Source: Desulfobacterales bacterium (GTDB lineage: Bacteria > Desulfobacterota > Desulfobacteria > Desulfobacterales > UBA5852). Taken from it: a DNA stretch of 64,000 bases. Position 1 is the stretch's first letter. Each line of letters opens with the position of its first letter. A program made the position numbers and the translations under genes. Positions 29,215 to 39,419 of the stretch are shown one piece after another. Below the pieces are notes generated by a model, which was not told the origin of the DNA, searched no databases, and was given only the letters and a program-made list of their open reading frames with translations. The stretch lies in contig CAXXVS010000003.1 in NCBI GenBank assembly GCA_963674755.2, positions 1,248,001 through 1,312,000 of the forward strand, given 5' to 3'.

Positions 29215-30615
29215 GTGCTGCAACCTTCGAGCATAGGAATCTCCATCAGTTCATCAAGGGTGGCCGTCATCGGCATGCGACAGGCGTTAGGAAAGGTCGC
29301 CATCCTGTCCCGGGAGACCTTCGCCCTTGATAGCGCTAAGCCGGTTTCGGATCAGATCGAGGTCATCAAGCAACGCCTGGTGGCCTTTATCGGCCAGCAT
29401 CGTCTGGAAACGGCCAGCCGTTTTCTGGCTGTGCCCTCGCCCTCGGTGATGTGGCGCCGGATCGTATTACCGGCGGTTGCCCGGGAAAATCTGAGTGATG
29501 CTCTGCGCTATGAAGCGGAGAAATATCTGCCGATCCCGCTGGAGGAGTTGTATTGGGATTACCAGCTGATCGAAGACAATCGCAGCACCGCTGAGTTGTC
29601 GCTTCTGCTGGCGGTGATCAAGCGCAGCGACTTGGCGCCCTTCGCCGAACTGGCGGAACAGCTACCGGGCGGTCTTTCAGGGGCGGAACCGGCGGCCAGC
29701 GCCATCGCCAACGTATTTCATCGGCATGCCGATGTCCTGCCGGGGGGCAATTGCGCCCTTCTGGTGCTGACCGCCGACCAGATGCATCTCATCCACATGC
29801 AAGACGGCACCCTGCAGGGGGGGCGGACCTATCCCCGGCCATCCGACGAGGCGGCGACGATCGCCGGTCTGCGGAAAGGACTCGAAGCCCTGCGGTTGGT
29901 GGGGGGCGAGGCAACAGAAACGGATTTGTTACCGGTGATGGTTTGCGCGGATGATGCCGAGGAGGCCCTTGTGACGCGGTTCCCCGAGGCGCTTCCCCAG
30001 TTTGCCTGGCACAGGATGGACTGGCGCGAAAACGCTCTGCCCGAACCCGACATGCTGCCGGCCTACGGCCTCGCCCTGAAAGGGCTGCAGAAGCCGCTTG
30101 TGGCCATCAATCTGCTGCCTTTGAGGCTGCGCAAGCGACCCTCCCGTCTGGGACAATATCTGATGGTGGCCCTGGTGGTCCTGACGATGATCAGCGGTTT
30201 GACCTGGGGCGGCAGTGCCCTGCTCCAGAAGCGCTTCCAGCATGCCCGTCTGGATCGCGAAATCAACCGCTTGGCCGATGAGGTGGCGGATATCGACCGC
30301 CTCCAGGCCGGCACCCAGGTCCTGCGCACCAAACTGGAATTCCTCCAGGAGCAGAAAGGCGGGCCTTACAATGTGTTGGATATTCTCAAGACGCTGACCG
30401 AAATCATACCGGATTCCGCCTGGGTGCGTGAAATTGCCATCGAACCGGGCGGCATCCGGGTGGACGGGTATGCCGATGCGGCCGCCGAACTGATCCCCCT
30501 GATCGACGCCTCCCCGCTCTTTACGGATGTGGCGTTCCTCTCGGCCATTACCAAGGGACGCGACGGGAAGGAGAAATTCCGGATCGGGTTCAAGCTGGCC
30601 GCAAGACGGCCTTAA
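29215..30615 (+). CDS. gspL: GspL-like (PilM-like plus PilN domain) assembly protein
   Basis: ALRYEAEKYLP..LYWDY, INLLP followed by TM, PilN-like LTEIIPDSAWV. Confidence 0.72.
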   Translation: MLQPSSIGISISSSRVAVIGMRQALGKVAILSRETFALDSAKPVSDQIEVIKQRLVAFIGQHRLETASRFLAVPSPSVMWRRIVLPAVARENLSDALRYEAEKYLPIPLEELYWDYQLIEDNRSTAELSLLLAVIKRSDLAPFAELAEQLPGGLSGAEPAASAIANVFHRHADVLPGGNCALLVLTADQMHLIHMQDGTLQGGRTYPRPSDEAATIAGLRKGLEALRLVGGEATETDLLPVMVCADDAEEALVTRFPEALPQFAWHRMDWRENALPEPDMLPAYGLALKGLQKPLVAINLLPLRLRKRPSRLGQYLMVALVVLTMISGLTWGGSALLQKRFQHARLDREINRLADEVADIDRLQAGTQVLRTKLEFLQEQKGGPYNVLDILKTLTEIIPDSAWVREIAIEPGGIRVDGYADAAAELIPLIDASPLFTDVAFLSAITKGRDGKEKFRIGFKLAARRP

Positions 30616-30661
30616 TCCTTAGCAGCCCTGACCGCTGTCAGGGGAGTAGGAAAAGCGCAAC

Positions 30662-31225
30662 ATGGCGTTTACGTTAACCAGAGAGCGGAAGATCATTCTG
30701 ATCGGCGGGGCGATTCTTTTGCTGCTGGGCTTGATCTACAACCTGGCGCCCACCGTCCAGGGGATGTTTGCCGAAGATGAAGCCCTGGCCCTCAAGGAAC
30801 AGAAGCTGGCGAAGTACCTGGCCAAGGTCAACGAAAAGACCGCCTACGCCCGGCAGGCCAAAGCCCTTGAAAACCGGTTGCGGCGTATCGAGACCGGCCT
30901 GCTGACGCCCAAGACGCCGGCCCTGGCTGCGGTGGATATTCAGACCATGATCCGCGACATCGCTGTACGCTACGGTGCCGAGGTCAAGACGATGCGGATT
31001 CTTTCTGCGGAATCCTCGGACGACAATGCCTATGTGGCCATTCCCGTGGAAGTGACGTTGTCCTCCGACATTCGCCAACTCGTGGAAGTCCTCTACGGGA
31101 TCGAAACTTCCAGCCGCCTGCTGCATGTGGTTGACCTGACGGCCCGTGCGGCCGGACGGCGCAGCGGCAGCACAATCCTGGCAACGATGACGGTGGAAGG
31201 CTTCATGAAGAAGCAGGACGTTTGA
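30662..31225 (+). CDS. gspM: GspM/PilO-like protein
   Basis: LTRERK plus TM, coiled coil, LYGIE; position after gspL. Confidence 0.7.
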   Translation: MAFTLTRERKIILIGGAILLLLGLIYNLAPTVQGMFAEDEALALKEQKLAKYLAKVNEKTAYARQAKALENRLRRIETGLLTPKTPALAAVDIQTMIRDIAVRYGAEVKTMRILSAESSDDNAYVAIPVEVTLSSDIRQLVEVLYGIETSSRLLHVVDLTARAAGRRSGSTILATMTVEGFMKKQDV

Positions 31226-31250
31226 CCGTTCTAAACAACCGGACGTGACA

Positions 31251-31898
31251 ATGACGGGTAATCGATGGCTCATCATACTTTTGCTGGCGGCACTGACGGT
31301 GGTCTTTACCGTTCAGGCGGTCCGGACCTGGTTGCGGCCCTTCCAGAGCTATGCGGTTGCCGAAACCGACGAGGAAACGGGCAAAACACGTTTGCCGCCC
31401 GTGGTGAAAAAACGCCAACCGCCCATGAGTGCCTACGACGTTATTGCCACCCGGAGCCTCTTCGATCAGAACCGCACCGAAGGCGAGATCGGGGTGCAGG
31501 TCGGCAACCTTAAGGACGCGGATACCAGCCGCTATGCCAAACGCATTGGATTGTTCGGTGTGATCATCAGCGACGGGGAGAAGATGGCCCTGGTCACTAA
31601 GGATATGGGCCGCCGCGGCCGCGACGATTACCTGTGGGTGCGGGTAGGGGACGAGATCGACCGACTCAAGGTGGTGGGGATCGAACGGGACCGCATTTAT
31701 CTCCAGGAGAACGGCAGCCGGTATGAAGTTCTGCTGAGCGATCAGCGGCATCCCGACAAGCGCACCAAAGAGGAGAAGCGTCAGGGGCCGACGGTGATTT
31801 CCACCACCGTCAAGACGGAGAAGGCACCGGACGCCAAACCGCAGATCCCCAAGATCCGGGTCAAGGCGCAAAAGAAGGAACCACCAGCCAGCGACTGA
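31251..31898 (+). CDS. GspC-like T2SS protein
   Basis: N-terminal TM, RSLF, LFGVI...ALV...VGDEI...VVGIERDRI (HR-domain-like); lies between gspM and gspD. Confidence 0.6.
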   Translation: MTGNRWLIILLLAALTVVFTVQAVRTWLRPFQSYAVAETDEETGKTRLPPVVKKRQPPMSAYDVIATRSLFDQNRTEGEIGVQVGNLKDADTSRYAKRIGLFGVIISDGEKMALVTKDMGRRGRDDYLWVRVGDEIDRLKVVGIERDRIYLQENGSRYEVLLSDQRHPDKRTKEEKRQGPTVISTTVKTEKAPDAKPQIPKIRVKAQKKEPPASD

Positions 31899-31960
31899 AT
31901 ATATACGGTTAGAGCGGCAGCTTCAGGCGCAATCGATAAAACGGAGGGGGGCGGCAACTC

Positions 31961-34252
31961 ATGAAACCCATATCAGGCGGCAATTCGATAAGGCTATCCG
32001 TGGTGTTTGTGATGATGATCTGGGGGCTGGGCGGGTGCGCCACCTCCACGCTGCCGGAGGGCGGCCGGAGCGGCGATCCCGCGGCCGAGGCCCCCCCCAG
32101 GGCGGCGATCCGAACTGCACAGGCAGCGCCGGCCGCCGAAGGGGAACATCATCCGATGGCCCCGATAAAGCCGGGGATTTCGGTCACGCCGAGTAGCGCC
32201 AAACAGCCTGCGGCACCACGCCTGGCAGGCCCGGTTGTTACACCGGCAAGGCCGGCAACGGAACGGATGCCGGGAAGCGCTTTAGCGGTCGGAGACAGCT
32301 ATTACCCCGGCACGCTGATTCCGGTGGCGAATGAGGATGCGGCCGGGTCCCAGGGCGGTGCCGTGTCATCCGGCAGCGGGAGCACGGTTGAAATCAATTT
32401 CGATAATGCCGACCTGATCGAAGTGATTCGCACCCTGGCGGATATCCTTGAGATCCAATACATCCTGGATCCCGGTGTGCAGGGCAGCGTTACGATTCAC
32501 ACCGCCGGCGGGATGGCACGCGAGAATCTGTTGCCCCTCTTTTTTAAAATCCTTGAGGTCAACGGGCTTACCGCCGTGAAGGACGGGCCGCTGTTCCGCA
32601 TCACGCCCACCACCGACGCCTCGCGATTGCCGATCATGTTCGGTCGCGGCGGCGGGATGGGCGAACACGTACCGCCCGGCGAAAGGATCATGATCCAGAT
32701 TATCCCCTTGAAGCATATTTCGGCCGGCGAAATGAGCAAACTGCTGGTGCCGTTCACCTCCGAGGGCGCTACGATCGTTGCCCACGAGGCCACCAATACG
32801 CTGGTGGTGGTGGACAAGGGCGACAATATCCTCAAGGTTCTCAAAATGGCGGCGGCGTTTGACATCGGGCTGTTCGAGCGGCTGGAGCACCGCTTTTATC
32901 TTCTGGACAATGCCTCGGCCACGGAAACCGCCCCCATGTTGCAGGAGATATTCGCCGTAAACGGGAAAAAAGGGACGGTGCGCTTTATCCCCATCGAACG
33001 TCTCAATGCGATCCTGGCCCTGAGCGCCGACCCGCAGGTCTTCGTCAAGGCCGATCAGCTCATGATTCAACTGGATGCGCCGGGAGGGGGAACCGAACCG
33101 CAGATTTACGTCTATTTCGTGAAAAACGGCGGGGCTGAAGAACTCGCCGGATTGCTCAATTCCGTATTCGGCAACAAGGTCGCTCAAAGCCGCATGGCCG
33201 TTCAAGACGCAAAATACCGCTTTTCACGCAATCCCTTCGCCGTGCAGCCCACACCGCCGGTGGTGGTGGAAGAGATCCCGCCGGCCACCACACCGGCCGC
33301 TGCACCGGAGGCATCGGCAGACACCTCCCTCGCCGCCACACCGCGGGGCACGATTACCATTGTTCCAGACCTGGTACGCAATGCGCTGCTCGTGGAATGC
33401 GCTCCCATGGATTATCGCGTCATTTCGGGCATCCTGGACCGGATCGACGTCCTGCCCCGCCAGGTGTTGATCGAGGCCGTGATCGCGGAAATCTCTTTGG
33501 GCGACCGCTTCGAGCTGGGGGTGGAGTGGGAGTACACCCGGGAGCGTGCAAGCAATAAAACCGGTCTCTTGAGCGGTACCATCAACGGCGACGGGCTGAG
33601 TTATGCCATCGCCTTCTCCCAGGATCTGCTCCACAACCTGGATACCCTGGCGTCGAAGAACAAAGTGAACATTCTCTCCTCGCCGCACGTGCTGGCTTCC
33701 GACGGCAAGGAGGCCAAAATAGACGTATCCAACGAAGTGCCCATCATCAGCTCCGAAACCGTGATTTCGAGTTCCGCCGAGCCGCTGGTGACCACCGACA
33801 TCCAGTACCGGGATACGGGTGTGCTGCTGGCGGTGACGCCCCACATCAACGAAAACGGCCTGGTAACGATGGATGTCTACCAGGAAACGAGCGAGCAGGG
33901 CGAAGACGTCAATGTGGCCGGGGCAAATTATCCCTCCTTTTTTAAGCGCTCGGTGGATACCACCCTCACCGTGGGAAACGACCAGACCATCGTGCTGGGT
34001 GGGTTGATCCGCGAAAACAAAAATTCGGGACGCAGCGGGGTGCCCGGCCTGATCGACATCCCCGGTCTGGGCTGGCTCTTCGGCGACCGCAGCACGACCC
34101 AGGACAAAGCGGAACTGATCATCCTGCTCACCCCGCGCGTGATCACCTCCCTGGACGAAGTCCGGGCGGTCACCGAGGAATTCGAAAAGAAGGTCGTCGA
34201 GACCATCCAGTACATCCGAAGCAAACAGCCGGCCGATTACTACAACCCCTGA
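31961..34252 (+). CDS. gspD: Type II secretion secretin GspD
   Basis: Lipobox-like LGGC; INFDNADL; QVLIEAVIAEI; GVLLAVTPHIN; LGGLI; ELIILLTPRVI. Confidence 0.92.
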   Translation: MKPISGGNSIRLSVVFVMMIWGLGGCATSTLPEGGRSGDPAAEAPPRAAIRTAQAAPAAEGEHHPMAPIKPGISVTPSSAKQPAAPRLAGPVVTPARPATERMPGSALAVGDSYYPGTLIPVANEDAAGSQGGAVSSGSGSTVEINFDNADLIEVIRTLADILEIQYILDPGVQGSVTIHTAGGMARENLLPLFFKILEVNGLTAVKDGPLFRITPTTDASRLPIMFGRGGGMGEHVPPGERIMIQIIPLKHISAGEMSKLLVPFTSEGATIVAHEATNTLVVVDKGDNILKVLKMAAAFDIGLFERLEHRFYLLDNASATETAPMLQEIFAVNGKKGTVRFIPIERLNAILALSADPQVFVKADQLMIQLDAPGGGTEPQIYVYFVKNGGAEELAGLLNSVFGNKVAQSRMAVQDAKYRFSRNPFAVQPTPPVVVEEIPPATTPAAAPEASADTSLAATPRGTITIVPDLVRNALLVECAPMDYRVISGILDRIDVLPRQVLIEAVIAEISLGDRFELGVEWEYTRERASNKTGLLSGTINGDGLSYAIAFSQDLLHNLDTLASKNKVNILSSPHVLASDGKEAKIDVSNEVPIISSETVISSSAEPLVTTDIQYRDTGVLLAVTPHINENGLVTMDVYQETSEQGEDVNVAGANYPSFFKRSVDTTLTVGNDQTIVLGGLIRENKNSGRSGVPGLIDIPGLGWLFGDRSTTQDKAELIILLTPRVITSLDEVRAVTEEFEKKVVETIQYIRSKQPADYYNP

Positions 34253-34280
34253 CGCTATCGTCTACTTAAGCCGTGCAAAC

Positions 34281-34305
34281 AAAGAGGTCCCGTGCGGGCC
34301 TCTTT
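34281..34305 (+). terminator. Probable terminator after gspD
   Basis: AAAGAGGTCCCGTGCGGGCCTCTTT hairpin followed by T-rich sequence. Confidence 0.6.
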
Positions 34306-34361
34306 ATATTTGAGGTTAACGGACAGGAACCGTAAACTCTTGGTAGATTGCCCTTCACTTT

Positions 34362-35452
34362 AGGGGACGTTCTTTCTTATTTACCTTGTTATACCCATAC
34401 CGTCATGCTATCTTTCCAGTATGCCACGCCAATCACGCATAGATGCTCCGGGCGCTGTCCATCACATCATCGTCCGCGGTATTGCCCACCGTGCGATCTT
34501 TCGGGATGATTACGATCGCCACACATTTCTTGCGAGGTTAGGAACGTTGCTTATCGAAACGGAAACCCCTTGCTTCGCGTGGGCCCTGATGTCCAATCAC
34601 TTTCACCTGCTGCTGCGAACAGGCTGTGTTCCTATCGCGAGCCTGATGCGGCGGTTGCTCACTGGCCATGCGGTGCGTTTCAACCGCCGTCATAACCGTT
34701 ATGGGCATCTGTTTCAGAATCGTTACAAATCGATTCTATGCCAGGAAGAAACGTATTTGCTGGAGTTGGTGCGCTATATCCACCTGAACCCTCTTCGCGC
34801 AGGATTGGCAAAGGATATGGGCGCTTTGGATGACTATCCATACAGCGGTCACAGTGTACTTGTGGGGCGTTATCGAAATGACTGGCAGGAAACGGACTAT
34901 ATCCTTAAGCGATTTGGCAAACGTAAAACTCAGTCCCGTAGGGCCTATAGGGCTTTTGTTGAAAAGGGGGTTGAAAGGGGCAGGCGGCCGGAACTGATCG
35001 GGGGCGGTATGATACGCAGTGCAGGCGGTTGGGAGAAGATCAAGGCGGCGCGTGCGAATAAAGTATACCTGAAAGGTGACGAAAGGATTTTAGGTGACAG
35101 TGATTTCGTTGGGACGGTTCTGGCCCAGACAAGGGAAGAGCAGGATAAACGCAACAAGTTGAAGGCTCAAGGCGTTACCGTCGATCAGGCAGCCCGGAAA
35201 GTGGCGGAACTGATGGGGATATCAGTTGAGACGGTATGGGCGGCCGGTCGATATCCCCAGGTGGTCCGGGCGCGGAGTGTGCTGTGCTATTGGGCGGTCA
35301 GAAAATTGGGAATCAGTATGACGGATATGGCCAAACGGTTGGGGATGTCGGTGCCAACGGTGAGCAAGTCTGTGCGGCGGGGGGAGGGGATAGCACGGGA
35401 GGGAGGATTTGAGTTGAAGGGGGGGTAAGTTAATAAAGAAAGAATGTCCCCT
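34362..35452. repeat. 26-bp imperfect inverted repeats bracketing the RAYT gene
   Basis: AGGGGACGTTCTTTCTTATTTACCTT (34362-34387) versus AAGTTAATAAAGAAAGAATGTCCCCT (35427-35452); 22/26 match as reverse complements. Confidence 0.7.
34421..35428 (+). mobile_element. REP-associated tyrosine transposase (RAYT, Y1 HUH) with C-terminal HTH
   Basis: MPRQSR..HHIIVRG, ALMSNHFHLL (HUH), GHLFQNRYKS, YIHLNPLRAG, YPYSG. Confidence 0.85.
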
Positions 35453-35464
35453 TGACGTCCCGGA

Positions 35465-35492
35465 AATGCCGCGGGGGTGGCCCCGCGGCATT
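35465..35492. terminator. Hairpin terminator between convergent RAYT and paralog 3
   Basis: AATGCCGCGGGG-GTGG-CCCCGCGGCATT, 12-bp perfect stem. Confidence 0.7.
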
Positions 35493-35529
35493 GGTTTTTG
35501 GTTGAAGTGATATAAAAGTCAGGTATCGA

Positions 35530-38500
35530 TCAACGACTTTTCTTGCCTTTGACGACCACAGTGGTGGTTGTCGTTATTGAGGTTGTAGTGTCGACGGTTG
35601 AGGTCCTGCTTTTTCCTGGTTTAGTGGGAGTAGGTGCGGGGTCGTCATCCCCGGGATCTACTGGGTCAACAACAGGATCCTCGGGTTCTTCACCTGGATC
35701 ACCGCTGTCATCGTCGACAGTGGGGACGTAATCATCGAGGAACAGAACTCGACGGAACCAGGCGTCGGCGCCGACTTCTTCGCCATCTCTATCGAAATCC
35801 CACTGGTTCCAAACTGAATAGAAGAACTGGCCACCCGGACTGCTTGTGATGGAAGCCTCTCCAGATTCATCAAACTGGCTGCCCTCAAGGGCGTCGAACT
35901 CGTTGCAGAAAAGGTATGTGCCACTATCTGTTGTTATTTCGCCGGGCAAACAGTCGGTGGTAGGTTCATCCTGCCACACCAGGTAGTCGTCACCCCAGTT
36001 AACCGCCCTGCTATAGAAAAGATCAAGCGGTTCGGCTTCACCGACTGCTACGGTAGTGTTGTCGCCTGTTTCATAGACCATGAAGAAGCGCGAAGGATCG
36101 CGGGTGTCATCGTCATAAAGCGGGGCGGTGAAGCCTTCAGGTAACGCTGTACTGACCGAGGTTTTTGTTATGCTGCGAGTGGTGGGCGAGTAGCGCGGAT
36201 CGAGGATGGTTTCCTTCGTGCCCACGAGCTGCGACAGGTTGCGAGCCTGCTCGAAGTCGCCGGCGCCATAGGTGGTGCATACCAGCTCTTCGGTGTCCGA
36301 CCCTGCCGGACCCATCCACTCGCAGGTGGTTGTGCCGTCAGCGGTCCAAGAAACGTCTTCGTCGATCCCGTCCGGACTCCAAGCCGAGGGCGTGGTCGTC
36401 CACGTCTTGCCACCGTCGAAGGAGCGGCGGGCGTAGAGGTTGTAGTTATCGTGCCCTACGGTGTTGGCCATCCAGTTAGGGGACCAGGCGTACATGGCCA
36501 GTATATAATCACCCGCCATAAAGCCGCGGTGGCCTTTGGCCACATCATAGGGATTCTCCCAAGAGGTGTCATCGAGATTGGTTAGAGTCGGATTGGTGAT
36601 GGTTTCTCCGTAATCCGGGCCAGTCTGCTCCCAGGTCAAGATTTTGGCAAGTCCATCCGTAGCTTGCGTCATGTCGAGATCGTCGAAGTATTCGCTGAAC
36701 GGAAAGGCATCCTGACAGGATGTTGCGTCAGTACAGGGGTCCCCGGTGAGGATGGTGTTCCCGGAGAGATTAATTGCTGGGTCTGCACACAAGCCTTTAA
36801 CATAGCGAGGGTTGGACCCGTCGGTGAAGGCCCAGGTTTCGCAGGCCATATTGCCGTAGTCATAAGGATTGTCAACGATGGAGTTGAATTCGTCCGGGAT
36901 CACGAAGCGCCGGCCCATGATGTCGGCCGGGCCGCCGCGCCGGATGATACCCTGCTTCCAGAGTTGGAGGGCCACCGTACCGGTTGTTCCGGCGTCGTAC
37001 CAGTCCTGGGTGATGGGACTCGGTCGTCGGGCTATCTCGGTCTGATATAGTATAGAGGCCGTATCCTCCTGGCCGGTCAAGGTTTCGTAGATCGGATCGG
37101 GGTCGATCTGGTAAAAGTTGTACCCACCAAGCGAAGTATCCTGGAATAGCACCCCTAATGGGTCAGTAAAGTCCTCTGGATAAACTGCGGGTTGATTAAG
37201 CATCAACCCCTGGGAAACTACCTCAGGATTGAACATGTCGAAGGTGTGGTACCAGACGTTTTTACCCATATCAATTTTTTCTAGTGGATCAGTGGATAGA
37301 ATAGCTTCTTCGCCGTCTTCTCCCAAACCTTTGTTCTCCTCATAGGCCATGGAGAACCAGGCGCTGTCGATAGAGTCGTAGAAATCTGTGTTGTCTTCAC
37401 CCGAAACGAATGCCACCGTCGTTGAGTAGCCATGCAGGCCGAGTCGGGCACGGGTAGAAGCCGTGTTCCCTCGCATTAGGCGACCATCTTCGGTCACGCA
37501 CATGTTGAGGCCTTGAGTTGGCCCTTCGGGAGTTACGATCGTAACTTCAACCGTGCTCGCACAATAGTCAGGAGTACCGTTGCCATCAAAGTCAATATGG
37601 CAGAAGGGAGCCGTGGAGGTGTCTGTACACATCGCATTGTCGGTCAGGCGCACCGGGATGGACATCGGGATTGCGGCTTGGGGAGTACCATTGGCATTGT
37701 CAGCTACCCAAGTGGTAAGATCCCCGGCTTCGTCGGATAAAGATCCGTAGCCCTCATCCCCGATGACCAAGTCGAAATCGTCCCAGTCGATGTAAGAGTA
37801 CCAGGTGTCGGTCTGGTGGTGAGCGATGGCGCCGCTCCAGCCCTCGCCAGGTCCTTCACCCTCGCCGGGCCGGATCCCTTCTGGATCTTCCTGCCAGGTG
37901 ACCACGCAGCCGGCCCCTTTGACGCAGACCGCCTCGGGCCGGTTCGCGTCCCGGACAGCGGAGCTGAGGCGTTCGGCCTTGAACCAGACAAAGGTGCTGC
38001 TTTCGCCTTCTGCGGCAGGCGGCAAGATTACGCCGCGTGCCACCCAGACGGCGGCGTAGGGCAGTTCACCAACTAGCGGATAGCCCTCATCGGCAAGATC
38101 GGAGGATCCTTGGGATCCTGCCACACCGAAGTGGTCCTCGAGATAGAGGCAGGGTGTGTCGATCAGGTTTTCGTCCGTGCAGGCTTCCACATCGAGGCCC
38201 AGGTACTCTGCTACTACTCCCCGCTCATCGTTGGTCATGGCGTAGTTGGGATTGCCACCCCGGGCGTAGCGGCTCACCCAGACCATTAATACCTTGTTGC
38301 CATCCGAGGCGGCAAAGGTGCGGCCGACATCGCCAGGGTACGGGACCTTCATTTTCCCATCTTTTATTTTGAATGACGACAGATCCGCTGACTTGGACAG
38401 ATTGGTGCGCTTCCAGGAGGCACCGTCGTCCAGGCTCACCGCACCGTAGGCGTCGCGTTTACCATGGCCGGGGAAGCCGCCGTAGCCTTCTTCTTCGATT

Positions 38501-38796
38501 CCCTCGACATGGCCGTCAGTGTAGAGTGTGATCAGGGGGCGGGCATAGAGCCGATTCTCAGGTTGCTGCTCTGTAGACCCGTCAACTAATGGATATTCGA
38601 TCCCCTCTTCTCCCAGCAGTGTTCCGTCGGACGTCTGTGCCGGAACATAAAGCGGCAGCATACGTAGGGCCGCATGCTCAGTTTCTAGTTCCGGTGTTTT
38701 CGAGACGTTTTTGCGGAACATTTCGCCGTCGTCGGACCAGGCCGTGGCTGCCAGCATGAGTGCCAGGATGATTGTCAAATAGCGTAAGTAACGCAT
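35530..38796 (-). CDS. Large secreted Asp-box protein, choice-of-anchor-O-like paralog 3 (no heme motifs)
   Basis: Signal MRYLRYLTIILALMLAATAWS; SLDDGASWKRTNLS; WQEDPEGIRPGEGEGPGEGWSGA; RRSFDGGKTWT; Pro/Thr-rich then basic C-terminus. Confidence 0.78.
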   Translation of the reverse strand: MRYLRYLTIILALMLAATAWSDDGEMFRKNVSKTPELETEHAALRMLPLYVPAQTSDGTLLGEEGIEYPLVDGSTEQQPENRLYARPLITLYTDGHVEGIEEEGYGGFPGHGKRDAYGAVSLDDGASWKRTNLSKSADLSSFKIKDGKMKVPYPGDVGRTFAASDGNKVLMVWVSRYARGGNPNYAMTNDERGVVAEYLGLDVEACTDENLIDTPCLYLEDHFGVAGSQGSSDLADEGYPLVGELPYAAVWVARGVILPPAAEGESSTFVWFKAERLSSAVRDANRPEAVCVKGAGCVVTWQEDPEGIRPGEGEGPGEGWSGAIAHHQTDTWYSYIDWDDFDLVIGDEGYGSLSDEAGDLTTWVADNANGTPQAAIPMSIPVRLTDNAMCTDTSTAPFCHIDFDGNGTPDYCASTVEVTIVTPEGPTQGLNMCVTEDGRLMRGNTASTRARLGLHGYSTTVAFVSGEDNTDFYDSIDSAWFSMAYEENKGLGEDGEEAILSTDPLEKIDMGKNVWYHTFDMFNPEVVSQGLMLNQPAVYPEDFTDPLGVLFQDTSLGGYNFYQIDPDPIYETLTGQEDTASILYQTEIARRPSPITQDWYDAGTTGTVALQLWKQGIIRRGGPADIMGRRFVIPDEFNSIVDNPYDYGNMACETWAFTDGSNPRYVKGLCADPAINLSGNTILTGDPCTDATSCQDAFPFSEYFDDLDMTQATDGLAKILTWEQTGPDYGETITNPTLTNLDDTSWENPYDVAKGHRGFMAGDYILAMYAWSPNWMANTVGHDNYNLYARRSFDGGKTWTTTPSAWSPDGIDEDVSWTADGTTTCEWMGPAGSDTEELVCTTYGAGDFEQARNLSQLVGTKETILDPRYSPTTRSITKTSVSTALPEGFTAPLYDDDTRDPSRFFMVYETGDNTTVAVGEAEPLDLFYSRAVNWGDDYLVWQDEPTTDCLPGEITTDSGTYLFCNEFDALEGSQFDESGEASITSSPGGQFFYSVWNQWDFDRDGEEVGADAWFRRVLFLDDYVPTVDDDSGDPGEEPEDPVVDPVDPGDDDPAPTPTKPGKSRTSTVDTTTSITTTTTVVVKGKKSR

Positions 38797-39112
38797 GGCT
38801 TCCCCCTTCTGATTGAATGTTGTTTTTAAAATCCCAAATTCGGCGGCGAGAAACCGGCGGAGTACGCTTGATGTGCGGAAACGGCCGCGGGTTTTTCGCG
38901 AATCAGTGCCTAACAACGGGCGGCGGCGTGAAAGAGAGAAAAGCGGGGTGGCCGACTTCTGATAAAGGACATAAATCACCTGTCCGACCCTTTGCCGCGG
39001 AAGCGCGATTCGAAGCCGAAAGGTGCGCTGAATTGTCGAGGCTGCCTGATGCAGGCCGCAGTTGAGGTGCCGCCTGTCCTACGATGTAAATCCCCTGTGT
39101 ATCCTGTTACCT

Positions 39113-39128
39113 ATCGAAAAACGTGCCA
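39113..39128 (-). promoter_or_regulatory. Possible sigma54 promoter of paralog 3
   Basis: Minus strand TGGCAC-GTTTT-TCGAT: good -24, weak -12. Confidence 0.45.
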
Positions 39129-39279
39129 TAATCGCCCGGATGGGCAAAATATTTGGGTGTGTTGGTTTCTGGTTGAAAACATAACGTTATTTTGGAGGGG
39201 AGAGAGGATCAGGGCGATAAGTAAGGTCGTAAGGAAAGGATAGGGAGTGGGTCGGGTGGGACAGTGGGGCGTCCACAAC

Positions 39280-39293
39280 TGTGTCATGACCCA
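39280..39293. promoter_or_regulatory. Putative enhancer (TGTGTC-N2-GACACA family)
   Basis: TGTGTC-AT-GACCCA, 152 bp upstream of the -24 box at 39128. Confidence 0.5.
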
Positions 39294-39419
39294 GGGTGGG
39301 TTTGTGATTTCACCAATTTCGGCGTTGCGCGGCGTCGCGGTGTCGCTGCGGCGTACCGATGTACGCCTCACTCTCCACGACTTGCGCGCCTTGAACTTGG
39401 CGAAATCACAAACCCACCC
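39294..39419. repeat. 126-bp MITE/REP-like palindromic element
   Basis: Terminal inverted repeat GGGTGGGTTTGTGATTTC / GAAATCACAAACCCACCC (18 bp perfect, extendable with mismatches); internal hairpin GGCGTAC-CGAT-GTACGCC. Confidence 0.75.
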
